This document shows, in pieces, positions 39,218 to 49,079 of a DNA stretch of 64,000 nucleotides (position 1 is the stretch's first letter; every line of letters starts with the position of its first letter). The notes under the pieces are model-generated. The model made no database searches. It was not told the origin of the DNA and saw nothing but the letters and a program-made list of their open reading frames with translations. Origin of the DNA: a virus. The translations under genes and the position numbers were made by a program. The stretch lies in UHGV virus genome UHGV-0036582. One strand, given 5' to 3'.

Positions 39218-39576
39218 TGTCCATGAAAATGGGTGACCTAGCAAAGCGCAAAGAGTCTGATGCACCGGCTAAGAACACAACTCCTTTGCGCCAACCAGTC
39301 AGACCACAGGGACGCCCGACTCGTGGCAAAGAGAAAATTAAAAGCCGCACAATGTCACTGGAGGACGAATACTTCGAACTGCTGGAGATGATGAAGTTCA
39401 TCCCTCGCTTCGAGAAGTTCACTCGTTCTGACGTGATTCGAGCAGCCATTTTCCATCTGGCAGAGAAGTCACCGCAGGAAATCGAGGACATCGTGAAATT
39501 GAATGAGGCGATCACCGCTGCCGATGTCACGATGCGTACCGATGAAATCAAACGAGAGTTGATGAAGAAAGGTTAA
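39217..39576 (+). CDS. small partition DNA-binding partner (ParG/ribbon-helix-helix-like)
   Basis: 119 aa, basic N-terminal tail, translationally coupled to parA (stop/start overlap). Confidence 0.45.
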   Translation: MSMKMGDLAKRKESDAPAKNTTPLRQPVRPQGRPTRGKEKIKSRTMSLEDEYFELLEMMKFIPRFEKFTRSDVIRAAIFHLAEKSPQEIEDIVKLNEAITAADVTMRTDEIKRELMKKG

Positions 39577-39580
39577 AAAT

Positions 39581-39613
39581 CATGCATTGGCGTAATGTAC
39601 GCGCCAATGCATG
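39581..39613. repeat. perfect 12-bp inverted repeat CATGCATTGGCG / CGCCAATGCATG with 9-nt loop
   Basis: Between convergent par operon and GIY-YIG gene; no T-tract; possible factor-dependent terminator or centromere-like site. Confidence 0.5.
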
Positions 39614-39628
39614 AGTACAATGTCAGTT

Positions 39629-40396
39629 TTATGCCGCGCTAACACTATGTTCAGTCCTAACCACTCCAACCTTCACAAAAGGGCTACCGTAGCTTGGTGG
39701 CTTCTTGATTAATTTGCCAACATACAGTTTTCTAATATGCTCATCGGCTATTCTGCCAACAAATTCATAACGTTTTGTGTCGGGGCCAAGAGCTATATCC
39801 CTTGTAAAGTACTGCTGAGAACCGGCTTTGACCCAGCATTCAATCTGATAAACTTCCATTATCAGCCCACCATATGTAGCGTAGGCATATTTGAGATTCT
39901 CGTCTCTTGGAACCTTTGCCCATACGCCACGCGTAGCTTCATATAATGCCAGAGCGGACATTCCTGACTTGTAGGTGCTGTTTAGCAGGAAGGCAAGACC
40001 GGCGTGCTCAGGAGCAATTTCAGTTTCCTCTTGCAGCACTAAGTGATGGTAGGCGTCCAGTGATATTCTGCCCATCATGGAACCACTTCCTCGTACCTTA
40101 TTCGTAAGCTCTCCGACCCCCATAAGGTCGATGCATGTCGCCTCAACAAGTTTGGCTGTGGTTTCATCCATACCATGACGAAGTATATCTATGCCTAATT
40201 TTTTATTAGCCAAAAGTTCTTTGATCCGCATGGATTTGGGAGAGTCATCGGGATACTTGATGTGATCGAGACAACGAGTCGATTTGCCTTTTCCTATGTA
40301 AAACGGTCTTTTCATCTTGTCTTCTGTATCATAGAGACAGTAAACATAGTATTTAGCCTTATCCAATGATCTCGCGTATACCGATAAATCGTCCAT
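39629..40396 (-). CDS. GIY-YIG family endonuclease (homing-endonuclease-like)
   Basis: N-terminus YVYCLYD-(10 aa)-FYIGKGKSTRCLDH matches GIY...YIG...R..H spacing. Confidence 0.6.
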   Translation of the reverse strand: MDDLSVYARSLDKAKYYVYCLYDTEDKMKRPFYIGKGKSTRCLDHIKYPDDSPKSMRIKELLANKKLGIDILRHGMDETTAKLVEATCIDLMGVGELTNKVRGSGSMMGRISLDAYHHLVLQEETEIAPEHAGLAFLLNSTYKSGMSALALYEATRGVWAKVPRDENLKYAYATYGGLIMEVYQIECWVKAGSQQYFTRDIALGPDTKRYEFVGRIADEHIRKLYVGKLIKKPPSYGSPFVKVGVVRTEHSVSAA

Positions 40397-40507
40397 TATT
40401 GCATCTCTTAGCTACTGACTAATGCGTTCTATTTTACACATAAGTTTTTAATCAATTTAACAGGCTCAAAGTGTAGAGCTTCTGGGCGTCTAAGACGACA
40501 AGTTATG

Positions 40508-40562
40508 CCTGCTTCTGTATATATTTAATAAGTTACTTATTATTTATATATACAGAAGCAGG
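40508..40562. repeat. 55-bp near-perfect palindromic element, copy 2 (inverted relative to copy 1)
   Basis: Reverse complement matches 9153-9207 at 54 of 55 positions. Confidence 0.7.
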
Positions 40563-40671
40563 TCTTTTAAAAAGACACCCACCAGAACAACTCCCTTCCG
40601 TTTCCACTTCCAAAAACTGTCACCAGTCGCTATCATCCGCTCATTGTGATAAGTAAGTAACTACCTACCAG

Positions 40672-41421
40672 GTGAGCCACATGAGCCAAATCTTTTTCGA
40701 TACCATTGACAACGACCAGTACGACTTCATGACAGAGTGGAATACCGCTGTTATGGACAAGTGGGTCGCTGAAAACATTGGTTTGTCGCGCTGCAAAGAC
40801 GAGGCTGAACTCTTCGAGACGAAGTGGTTTGATTACCGCGATATGCATCCTCTCATGGCCACCTGTCTTTTTACGGAGGCATACAAACGTCAGTACTCAA
40901 ATATCATGCTGACGCACGGTCGCGAACACTTTGAAACAGCTCCGTTCACCACCGGGTTAAAACGCCTGCCTTATCAGGAGTTGTCGACTGCCAATAAAAC
41001 GTCTCTATGGAAAGCACGCCAGTTTGCTGACCGCTATTGCTGCTCATACGACTACTTTATCTCCACCGTTCTTTCCGCAGCTGCACGACGTCTGTGGGAC
41101 AAGCTGCCGCGTCCGCAGCATTTATGGCAGCCAGAACTGATTGAGATATTTGAAGAGAAATTAGCCAGACGCGCAATAACCCGTCTGGATGACTCTCTGG
41201 TTAGCTTTAAGCATATGGGAGACATGCAGTTCAACCCGATTCAGGAAAGCTATTTTGAGTGGATTCTGGAGCGTTTGCGCACCATCCCTCGCAGCAAGCG
41301 CATACGCGCAATTTTCTCCGCTATCTGGCTAATGGAAATCGTTCCAGAGCGCCTTATTTCCGCCCACTTTCCAGAAGAACTGGAAGAAGCACGGCGGTTT
41401 ATTGATCCCCTATCTAATTAA
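40672..41421 (+). CDS. hypothetical protein upstream of replicative helicase
   Basis: 249-aa ORF, first gene of rightward replication operon; no motif identified. Confidence 0.4.
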   Translation: MSHMSQIFFDTIDNDQYDFMTEWNTAVMDKWVAENIGLSRCKDEAELFETKWFDYRDMHPLMATCLFTEAYKRQYSNIMLTHGREHFETAPFTTGLKRLPYQELSTANKTSLWKARQFADRYCCSYDYFISTVLSAAARRLWDKLPRPQHLWQPELIEIFEEKLARRAITRLDDSLVSFKHMGDMQFNPIQESYFEWILERLRTIPRSKRIRAIFSAIWLMEIVPERLISAHFPEELEEARRFIDPLSN

Positions 41422-41431
41422 CTAATACTAG

Positions 41432-41445
41432 AAAACAATTTGTTT
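41432..41445. promoter_or_regulatory. palindromic operator-like site AAAACAATTTGTTT upstream of DnaB-like gene
   Basis: AAACAA-T-TTGTTT dyad 20 nt upstream of ATG 41465. Confidence 0.45.
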
Positions 41446-41464
41446 AAAAAACAAAGGAAAGCAC

Positions 41465-42805
41465 ATGACCGAACTTTGCCATACAGGACGCGGGCTGTCC
41501 GAAGAGTTTGATGAAGATTTTCAGAACAGATTGACGGCCTATTTTTGTCGTGATCACGAGTTTCTTACTCGTGCTGGAGATCTGGTTGTACCTAGCCAAT
41601 TTGCCAATGCGGCCAATGCCATATTGGTTAATATGGTTTCGGGCTATTACCGTATGTACAAGAGCGCGCCCTCTTCATCTGCGATTCTGGATATGCTTAA
41701 GCGTGCGAAACGCGATAAGACTATCCGTGAGGAACTATTCGCCGATGTTGTTGCTGCGTTTAAGCGCATCCTTGCAGAAAAATTGTCTGATACCTCGTAC
41801 ATGGTTGACCAGGTATCAACCTTCGCAAAAAGCGTAGCGTTTGATGATGCTCTGATTAAGGCTGCTGAACTGAAAGAGAAGGGCGACTTTCAGGGGGCGA
41901 TGGCAATCATGGCCAAGGTTCAGCAGATTGGATCGAACGAAGCGACCGGAATCTATGACTACTACACCTCCGCAAGTGAGCGATTGAAAGCGCGTGAATA
42001 TGAGGCTTCAGAGGAGTATGTGCCAAACAGCATTACAACTGGACTCCCTCTGCTCGATAGGTTGCTGTACCAAAAAGGCTGGGCGAAGCGTGAAATGGTG
42101 CTCTTCATGGGGTTCGCTAAATCCGGTAAATCGACCGCAATGGGTGAGTTTTCCATAAACGCAACGCTTGCTGGCTACAATGTTCTGTATCTCTCGCTGG
42201 AGGTTCACACCAACATTTTGTCCGACCGCTTTGATGCAAGATTGTCGGAGACGGAAATGTCCAAGCTGGTGGAACGGCGCGATGAAGTTCATCGTAAGTT
42301 GGCAGAGTTGGGAGCCACTAAGGGGATTGGTAGTTTGTGGGTTGTTGAGCGTCCGTCAGGAAGTATGTCACCGGCAGATCTGGACCGTATGCTTAACAGT
42401 ATGAAAGCCAATGGCATGGTGCCTGACATGGTTGTTGTCGACTACGCAGATTTGATGCGTGCCAGTTATGACCTTCGTGATGATCGCGCCAATATTCGTA
42501 GTATCTACACCGATTTACGTGCTCTTTATGACAAGCATAACGTTGCTGGGATCACGGCATCGCAGACAAACCGTGAAGGTGGCGCGTCAGAAGTTGCCAC
42601 AATGATGCACGCCGCCGATAACATCGAAAAAGTACGTATTGCTGACCTGGTAATAACGATCAACAAAACCGAAGAAGAAGAAGCGAAAGGAGAGGCTCGT
42701 CTCTACTTTGCTGGTTCACGTAACCAGCAGGGTGGGATCAGCATTCGCGTTAAACAAAACCTCGAACAAATGCGTTTCATTGAGCGAATCTTAGACGTTA
42801 CCTAA
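41465..42805 (+). CDS. dnaB: DnaB-like replicative DNA helicase
   Basis: Walker A GFAKSGKST, Walker B MVVVDYADLM, ITASQTNREG arginine-finger region; N-terminal helical domain. Confidence 0.8.
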   Translation: MTELCHTGRGLSEEFDEDFQNRLTAYFCRDHEFLTRAGDLVVPSQFANAANAILVNMVSGYYRMYKSAPSSSAILDMLKRAKRDKTIREELFADVVAAFKRILAEKLSDTSYMVDQVSTFAKSVAFDDALIKAAELKEKGDFQGAMAIMAKVQQIGSNEATGIYDYYTSASERLKAREYEASEEYVPNSITTGLPLLDRLLYQKGWAKREMVLFMGFAKSGKSTAMGEFSINATLAGYNVLYLSLEVHTNILSDRFDARLSETEMSKLVERRDEVHRKLAELGATKGIGSLWVVERPSGSMSPADLDRMLNSMKANGMVPDMVVVDYADLMRASYDLRDDRANIRSIYTDLRALYDKHNVAGITASQTNREGGASEVATMMHAADNIEKVRIADLVITINKTEEEEAKGEARLYFAGSRNQQGGISIRVKQNLEQMRFIERILDVT

Positions 42806-42814
42806 AAAATAAGC

Positions 42815-44068
42815 GTGGAGAACACCTCCACGCTTGATTCATTTGTGAAACAACTTTTCTTTTGCCAAACCACAAAAGAAAAACACATGAGCCTTTATGT
42901 TATATCAACATTTAGGTTGGTCACAATATTGCCTGTTAAAAGTGGAATTATCGTGAGCGAGCTGAAAGAGCTAATTGCCGAATTAGATTTTGAACAATGG
43001 TTGGATACTGAAGGTATCGTTTATCGACGTGGAGGCGTGAGTGCTCGCGGTCGTGAAGTGAATATCAAGGAATGTCCGGTATGCGGCAGCTCCAACTGGA
43101 AGGTATATTTCAATCTGACCAGTGGCGTCGGCAAATGCTTTGCTGGTGATCATCCCGAAGAGATTCAGTTCAATAAGCTGGTCTTCCTCAAGCACTACAG
43201 CGGCAAATCACGACGACAGTTCGAGGAATATGTGCAGAACGCTCTTCTTTCCCAGGGGTGGGCACCAAAGAAAGAAGAGATAGTGCTTGCAAGCACAGTC
43301 GAGTTAGAGGGACCAGTTGCCCTCCCTCGTCATTACGAACTTCCTATAGATGGCCGTCTTCCAGACTATCTGGTTGAACGAAACATATCGCCTGAAATGG
43401 CAAAGTATTTTGACCTACGATACTGCGTCGAAGGCAAGCACGCTTATGTAGATCCGTATACAGATCAGGTAAAAGGACAGATATTCGATATGCGAATACT
43501 CATACCGGTTTACGATCTGGATGGGGTAATGAAGACATTTCAGGGACGAGACATTACCGGTACAGCAGAACGTCGCTACCTCTTTCCTATGCAGCTTCCA
43601 GCTTCAGGTAAGTTTCTCTACAACGGCCATAATGCAGTCGGCAAACAGACGGTAGTTGTCTGTGAGGGGGCGTTCGATGTTATGGGGGTCAAACGAGCTA
43701 TTTTTGACGAAGAAACATTACGTGATTACGTGGAACCAATAGGAACGTTCGGGATGCATCTATCTGGCAACACCACTCAGGATGCAGAAGATCAGCTGGG
43801 CGCGTTCCTGACGCTCAAGGCGCGTGGATTACGTAATGTGATCATGATGTGGGATAGTGAAAAGCAAGCTATACGCAACACTATGGCCGCAGCTAGGCGA
43901 CTCACAAGTATTGGCCTTAATGTCAAAGTTGCGTGTTTGGGCGAGGAAGGACTCGACCCCGGCGATGCGACACCGGGGCAGATTATCAAAGCCTACTATT
44001 GCGCAAAACCTTATTCACGACAGCTTGAACTCTTAAGCAAGGTGAAAGGCATTGCAGCACTAGTTTGA
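42815..44068 (+). CDS. DNA primase (zinc ribbon + TOPRIM)
   Basis: CPVCGSSNW...GKCFAGDHP zinc ribbon; TOPRIM-like VVVCEGAFDVMGV and MMWDSE; start uncertain. Confidence 0.7.
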   Translation: MENTSTLDSFVKQLFFCQTTKEKHMSLYVISTFRLVTILPVKSGIIVSELKELIAELDFEQWLDTEGIVYRRGGVSARGREVNIKECPVCGSSNWKVYFNLTSGVGKCFAGDHPEEIQFNKLVFLKHYSGKSRRQFEEYVQNALLSQGWAPKKEEIVLASTVELEGPVALPRHYELPIDGRLPDYLVERNISPEMAKYFDLRYCVEGKHAYVDPYTDQVKGQIFDMRILIPVYDLDGVMKTFQGRDITGTAERRYLFPMQLPASGKFLYNGHNAVGKQTVVVCEGAFDVMGVKRAIFDEETLRDYVEPIGTFGMHLSGNTTQDAEDQLGAFLTLKARGLRNVIMMWDSEKQAIRNTMAAARRLTSIGLNVKVACLGEEGLDPGDATPGQIIKAYYCAKPYSRQLELLSKVKGIAALV

Positions 44069-45097
44069 ACCAGTATTAGTCACGTAAACATTGACCGAAA
44101 ATGATTTAACTTCTGTGTTGAAGTTGTCAGTCATTACCGCGAGGTAGGCATTCTTGGTATCTCTGAATTGCTTCAGGATGATTTGAACGTTATCGGTGCA
44201 AACAAACGAGGTAGCCAGATTGCCTCCTTTCTCTGAAAAATCCTTTAGGAAAGTGCAGTCAATTTTGCCATCATTAGCGGTGAAGGTGGCATCATCACCC
44301 TGCCAGGTAAATGTTGCGTTAACGCCTTTATCAATGGATTTAGCAATAAGTCGCTGAGTGGAGGATTTTGCTTTAGATCTTGCTGCTGATGGTTGGTATT
44401 TACCGCTTTCTTTTAGTTCTGCAATGTAATCACAGCCATTTTTATCTTCTTTATCGCAAGCTGCCTGATAAAGCTCAGCTGCTTTTTTATAATCTTTTTT
44501 AACCCCTTCACCATACTCATACATAATGCCAAGATTCGCCAATGCAGATGCACTGCCTAGTTCGATTCCTTTTTTATAATACTCTATTGCCTTTTTGTAG
44601 CTTTTTGGCACGCCTGCGCCAACATAATATAACTGTCCTAAATATGACGCAGATTCAGGGTCGCCAGCCTCTACTGCAAGTTTGTGATATTTCAGGGAAA
44701 GTTTTTGGTCTTTCTTACCCGCAAGTCCTTTATGATAAATAACACCCAGATTGTGATAAGAGTTGCCTCCAGCTGCATCACCAGCTTTCTTAAAGAGTTC
44801 CTCTGCCTTTTTGAAATTTTTATCAACCCCATACCCAAGGGCATACATTATACCTAGAGCATTAAACGCTTCTTTGTTCCCCTTAGAAGTCGCCAGTTCA
44901 AGCCATTTTCTGGCTTCATCGTAGTTTTTTTCGACACCATGAATACCTTTCATATAGTCGATACCTAAAGCACTCTGTGACTCAACGTCGCCTGCTTTTG
45001 CCGCATCGATCAGCTTTTGTATTTCATAGGCATGTGCACTCCCCGAAACAAGTAATAGCGACAACATAAAGAAAGATATTGGTTTGAAATGTTTCAT
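44060..45097 (-). CDS. secreted Sel1-repeat (TPR-like) protein, moron
   Basis: Signal peptide MKHFKPISFFMLSLLLVSGSAHA; at least six Sel1-type ~36-aa repeats; antisense to flanking operon; sampled line about 37 percent GC. Confidence 0.75.
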   Translation of the reverse strand: MKHFKPISFFMLSLLLVSGSAHAYEIQKLIDAAKAGDVESQSALGIDYMKGIHGVEKNYDEARKWLELATSKGNKEAFNALGIMYALGYGVDKNFKKAEELFKKAGDAAGGNSYHNLGVIYHKGLAGKKDQKLSLKYHKLAVEAGDPESASYLGQLYYVGAGVPKSYKKAIEYYKKGIELGSASALANLGIMYEYGEGVKKDYKKAAELYQAACDKEDKNGCDYIAELKESGKYQPSAARSKAKSSTQRLIAKSIDKGVNATFTWQGDDATFTANDGKIDCTFLKDFSEKGGNLATSFVCTDNVQIILKQFRDTKNAYLAVMTDNFNTEVKSFSVNVYVTNTGSN

Positions 45098-45278
45098 TTT
45101 TGGATTTTCACAAGATGGTTAGGTGGTTGTGGCTACTCGGTGTAAGGCTTTGTAATCACCGATTGGTAAGGTTACTTCAATTTAGCTTAACTGTCAGCAT
45201 ACCCAATCGCCGAAAAGATAAGTAGATGATTACTTATTGGTGTGTAAGAATACTGCCATCTGTTAGCTAGGAGTTGGT

Positions 45279-46061
45279 ATGAAAGAAGAAATTAAGAGAT
45301 TAGCCTGCAACATCATTGATAAAACTGGTTTAGAAATCAGCGAGAGCAATCGGCTAGACATCATTGAAAAAGCCGTCAATACGGCAATGGATCATATCGC
45401 CACTCGTTTGGTCGAGATCCCGCTACCGGGGCTACCTTATCTGAAGGTTAAGTTGCGCGTATGGGGCGAACCTGCACATGCACGACGTTCTGCATTAGTT
45501 GTTTTTGTACGCAAAGAAAACTTACGAACTCTAAAAGTGCAGGTTGGGGCGTGGTTTGATGGCAGAGTCATCTATACAGATACCATTATCTGTCCTCCAG
45601 GTGACGAACATATTGAAGCCGTCATTCGAGAATCAATTCGAGCTATGCGCAGTTTAGCTTTGCTGGAAGACAAGCAAAACTTTGAAGATTACTTGCTGTC
45701 GGTAAAAGCTGAACCAACATTGTCTCTGAAAGCCGATTTCGTCACCCCGACAAATCTGTTGGAGGTTTTGATTAATAAAGGGGCTAATGATGCTGTAAAC
45801 CTAATCAGGGAAAGCGAATATTCGACTCTTTGCGACATGTGCAAAAGCCAGTTGGATCTTGTGCATATCATTGTTGATGCGGGGAAGGCGTGTGATGGCG
45901 TAATGGCGGAATTTGCTGGGAAGATGGTCAGGATTGCTAATGAATTACCGATGATAGAGCAAGAGGCCAAATCATACGCCACCAATCATGTCACAGAGCT
46001 TCTTGCCCCCTATCGCTTAGAAAGCGATCAGCGCAAGATGATTAGCTGGGGAAGTTGGTAA
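45279..46061 (+). CDS. hypothetical protein
   Basis: 260-aa ORF preceded by dyad TAAGTA motif at 45217. Confidence 0.4.
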   Translation: MKEEIKRLACNIIDKTGLEISESNRLDIIEKAVNTAMDHIATRLVEIPLPGLPYLKVKLRVWGEPAHARRSALVVFVRKENLRTLKVQVGAWFDGRVIYTDTIICPPGDEHIEAVIRESIRAMRSLALLEDKQNFEDYLLSVKAEPTLSLKADFVTPTNLLEVLINKGANDAVNLIRESEYSTLCDMCKSQLDLVHIIVDAGKACDGVMAEFAGKMVRIANELPMIEQEAKSYATNHVTELLAPYRLESDQRKMISWGSW

Positions 46062-46128
46062 GCTCTCTGTGTGTCGTTTTTTACGCAAATAATGATAGGT
46101 AAGCACAAGATTATTTCTGGCGGTAATT

Positions 46129-46599
46129 GTGAAAGCTGATTTGTCAAAAATCCCTTCTATTTCAGGAAATAACGGTTATTCACTTCGTTGTGAGGAAGTA
46201 AAGATAAACGGTGAGTCGGCATATTGCAGCTATTCCGTTTGCCAGCACACCATTCTTGCCTTCAAAGAAAACCGTCTTCCTCGAACTTCTTTCCAGTCGT
46301 GCGCAACCGCTATTAAAGCAGGCAAATGTAAGGCGTTAAAAATGATGGTTGAAGAGATTCGTAAAGGAGAATCTCTGTATTTCGAAGATATGACCGCACT
46401 CATTAAGGAGGTTGAAGAACGGAATAAACAAGCCAGAACTTTAAAACGAAAACGTGACAGTGTAACTATTAATAGCATGGTTAAGAAGAGCGCCACATCA
46501 CAAACATCGATCTCTGACGTGTATGCGGCATTGCTTGAAGAAACAACAAAAGAAACACATGAGCAAATCGATCAACATATGGAGGCAAAACAACAATGA
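46129..46599 (+). CDS. hypothetical Cys-rich protein
   Basis: 156 aa with N-terminal C-x-C...C..C cluster. Confidence 0.4.
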   Translation: MKADLSKIPSISGNNGYSLRCEEVKINGESAYCSYSVCQHTILAFKENRLPRTSFQSCATAIKAGKCKALKMMVEEIRKGESLYFEDMTALIKEVEERNKQARTLKRKRDSVTINSMVKKSATSQTSISDVYAALLEETTKETHEQIDQHMEAKQQ

Positions 46600-47918
46600 A
46601 AAAGTTGATCGCACTTAAGCATAAGCTGGACGAAATGAAAGCTATGGGAACCAATGCAAAAAAAGAGGCATTGGCCAACATGGATGACTTCGAGCAAAGC
46701 ATGGTTTCATTGATGCTCAACCCTTTCATCCGTTTTGGGGTAAAGAAATACAAAGTGGCAGAGCCGCTTAGTGAGTCCGTCCCAAGTGACGAAAAAGCCA
46801 TTGATGTACTGAATAAGCTGGCCTCTCGCGAGCTGACGGGGAACGCAGCAATAGCTGCTGTTGAGTCTATCGTGGCGTCAATGTGCGCCGATGGGCAGGA
46901 CGTGTTCCGTCGTTTCCTCTTAAAAGACCCGAAAGCGGGTGTTGGGATTAGCCTATGCAACAAGGTTTTTGAAAATCCCATTCCGAAATTCGAGGTGCAG
47001 CTGGCGTCACCGTATAAAGAAAAAGGCGACAAATACCCCTTCAAGCCAAACCCTAAAGCAAAATGGCCGATGATTGGCAGCCTTAAGCTCGATGGTTTGC
47101 GAGTAATTTGCGAGGTTATTGTTGACGAAGAAGAGGTTAACTTCCTTTCTCGTACTGGTAATCCAATCACGTCTCTCGATCACCTAAAGCCAGCCATGCT
47201 CGAATTAGGCAAACTTTCAGGCCACAAACACATCTTCTTCGATGGTGAAGGCACAGCCGGTTCATTTAACCAGTCCGTATCTGCATTGCGCAAAAAGAAC
47301 GTGCAGGCAATTGGCGCTATTTATCATGTTTTCGACTTCTTCCTACCGGAATGGCGAGCACAGGCTAAATCCAAAGAGTATGCAAAGACAGGTATGAAGC
47401 TGAAAGAGCGCCTGGCTATGCTCGTGGCGTTGTTCAAAAACGATCGCAGTGAAGGCTACGCACAAGACATTCACCTGCATCCGTTCTACATCATCCATAG
47501 CCACGAAGACTTCATCGAACGCTTCATGAAACGCCTGGACGATAACGAAGAAGGGGAGATGGGCAAAGATCCGAACTCTGTTTACGAGTTTAAACGTACC
47601 CGCAGCTGGTGGAAGTTAAAAGACGAAGATTCAGAAGATGGTGAAATTATCGATTTTGAGCCGGGCGACCCGGACTCTGGTTTTGCCAACACGCTTGGGA
47701 AAATTGTTATTCGTCTTGAAAACGGCGTCATCGTTCGTGCGAGCGGCATTAAGCATAAATATCTGGACGAGATCTGGAACAACAAAGAGAAGTACCGTGG
47801 TCGTATTGTCGAGGTTCATTGTCACGAGAAAACACCTGATGGCAGCTTACGCCACCCACGACTGAAATGGCCGCGTTGCTTACGCGATACCGAAGATCGA
47901 ATCGGAGATAAAGAATGA
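46596..47918 (+). CDS. ATP-dependent DNA ligase
   Basis: Nucleotidyltransferase motif I K-x-D-G-x-R in SLKLDGLRV. Confidence 0.65.
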   Translation: MKKLIALKHKLDEMKAMGTNAKKEALANMDDFEQSMVSLMLNPFIRFGVKKYKVAEPLSESVPSDEKAIDVLNKLASRELTGNAAIAAVESIVASMCADGQDVFRRFLLKDPKAGVGISLCNKVFENPIPKFEVQLASPYKEKGDKYPFKPNPKAKWPMIGSLKLDGLRVICEVIVDEEEVNFLSRTGNPITSLDHLKPAMLELGKLSGHKHIFFDGEGTAGSFNQSVSALRKKNVQAIGAIYHVFDFFLPEWRAQAKSKEYAKTGMKLKERLAMLVALFKNDRSEGYAQDIHLHPFYIIHSHEDFIERFMKRLDDNEEGEMGKDPNSVYEFKRTRSWWKLKDEDSEDGEIIDFEPGDPDSGFANTLGKIVIRLENGVIVRASGIKHKYLDEIWNNKEKYRGRIVEVHCHEKTPDGSLRHPRLKWPRCLRDTEDRIGDKE

Positions 47919-48130
47919 TCGTATTAAGTAAACGGGAGAAAGAAACGCTTCATGAAATAAGTAAGTGGCCGGAGTTCCCTGAGTACTGGAAGCCTAAAAC
48001 GCGAGCTAAGTTAGAGCGTTTAGGGTTGGTTGCAAACGTTTCTGAAACGTGGTGCTCGGCCAACTACCAGTTAACTGATAAAGGGAAATTATTGCTACAG
48101 CAATTAGTAGAATCAGGAGCCTTTAAATGA
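47915..48130 (+). CDS. hypothetical small protein
   Basis: 71-aa ORF coupled to ligase gene. Confidence 0.35.
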   Translation: MIVLSKREKETLHEISKWPEFPEYWKPKTRAKLERLGLVANVSETWCSANYQLTDKGKLLLQQLVESGAFK

Positions 48131-48275
48131 TTCCATACATCTCATTAGCTTTTATGGCTGGCTTCCTTATCGGCTTCGGCATCTGTCGTGATTTGATTAA
48201 GCAGGAACTTAAAACCAAAACACTGTGCATCGGGAAGCGTGTGTATCGGGTAGTTCATGAAACAAAGGTGAGAAA

Positions 48276-48566
48276 ATGAGTAATTTAACTTCTTGGGAAT
48301 GGTGGTTGGCAACCTATTTTATGGCAGCCGGAGTCGCATTCGCTTTTTACGTAGGGCAGTTAGTCGTAAAACTGCTGCTGATTAAATTTGCTAGCCATAA
48401 ACGTATTGATGATGGCCTGTGGCGTCTTGGTACCCTTGTGGAAACTCGCTACGGGCAACTTAATGAGAACGAAACCATTACTATCCAAGCGAAACGATTC
48501 ACTGCCACGATCACAAGAACACCTGATCGTAGAGTGGCCTTGATCAAAAAAGTCACAACCGAATAA
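48276..48566 (+). CDS. small membrane protein
   Basis: N-terminal TM WWLATYFMAAGVAFAFYVG. Confidence 0.4.
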   Translation: MSNLTSWEWWLATYFMAAGVAFAFYVGQLVVKLLLIKFASHKRIDDGLWRLGTLVETRYGQLNENETITIQAKRFTATITRTPDRRVALIKKVTTE

Positions 48567-48801
48567 AAACATCTCGATAAGTATTTACTTACTTATCTTT
48601 TATGTATAAGATGACTTTGTTTTCGTTGAGACGCGACTGTTTGAACTTAAATACAAGTGCAAACGAAGAAGTCTATCTGGCAGTAGCCTAATAAGCCAAA
48701 CACCAGCGAGGTCAGTTTCCAGCCTCGTTACCGAAATGGGACACACTGAGCGAGTGTGATTGCAGAACGCAGGAGGGAACATTCATGTTCCCTCCGATGA
48801 A

Positions 48802-48880
48802 GTAACAGAATGGGCGGTTGGTATATTTTCAACTCCATATGACTCCCGGATTCTTAGCCACTGACCGCCCATCCTGTTAC
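48802..48880. repeat. long-range inverted repeat (17-bp arms, 45-nt spacer) in tRNA leader
   Basis: GTAACAGAATGGGCGGT vs ACCGCCCATCCTGTTAC (16 of 17 complementary); enclosed by further hairpins (GGAGGGAACAT / ATGTTCCCTCC at 48771-48794). Confidence 0.55.
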
Positions 48881-48956
48881 GTCATTTTGTTCAATTATGT
48901 CGTTTATACTGGGTTAAAAAGCGGCGACGTAGCCCGGCTGGTATGGTTAGCCAGCA

Positions 48957-49079
48957 CACAACGTTGAGGCCATTACATTTTTATCAATTCTAAGGTTCTA
49001 TTCACAGAGATACCGGCGAGCGTTGATATGTAACATGTTGGGCAAACATTCAATCGGAGTAGTGGCCTCAACGTTGTGA
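48957..49079. repeat. long-range inverted repeat (16-bp arms, 91-nt spacer) in tRNA leader
   Basis: CACAACGTTGAGGCCA at 48957-48972 vs GTGGCCTCAACGTTGTG at 49063-49079. Confidence 0.55.

Noticed and set aside
40672-41421. Calling the 249-aa protein upstream of the DnaB-like gene a helicase loader or replication initiator
   Set aside because: Only positional evidence; no AAA+ or HTH motif identified by eye, so left as hypothetical.
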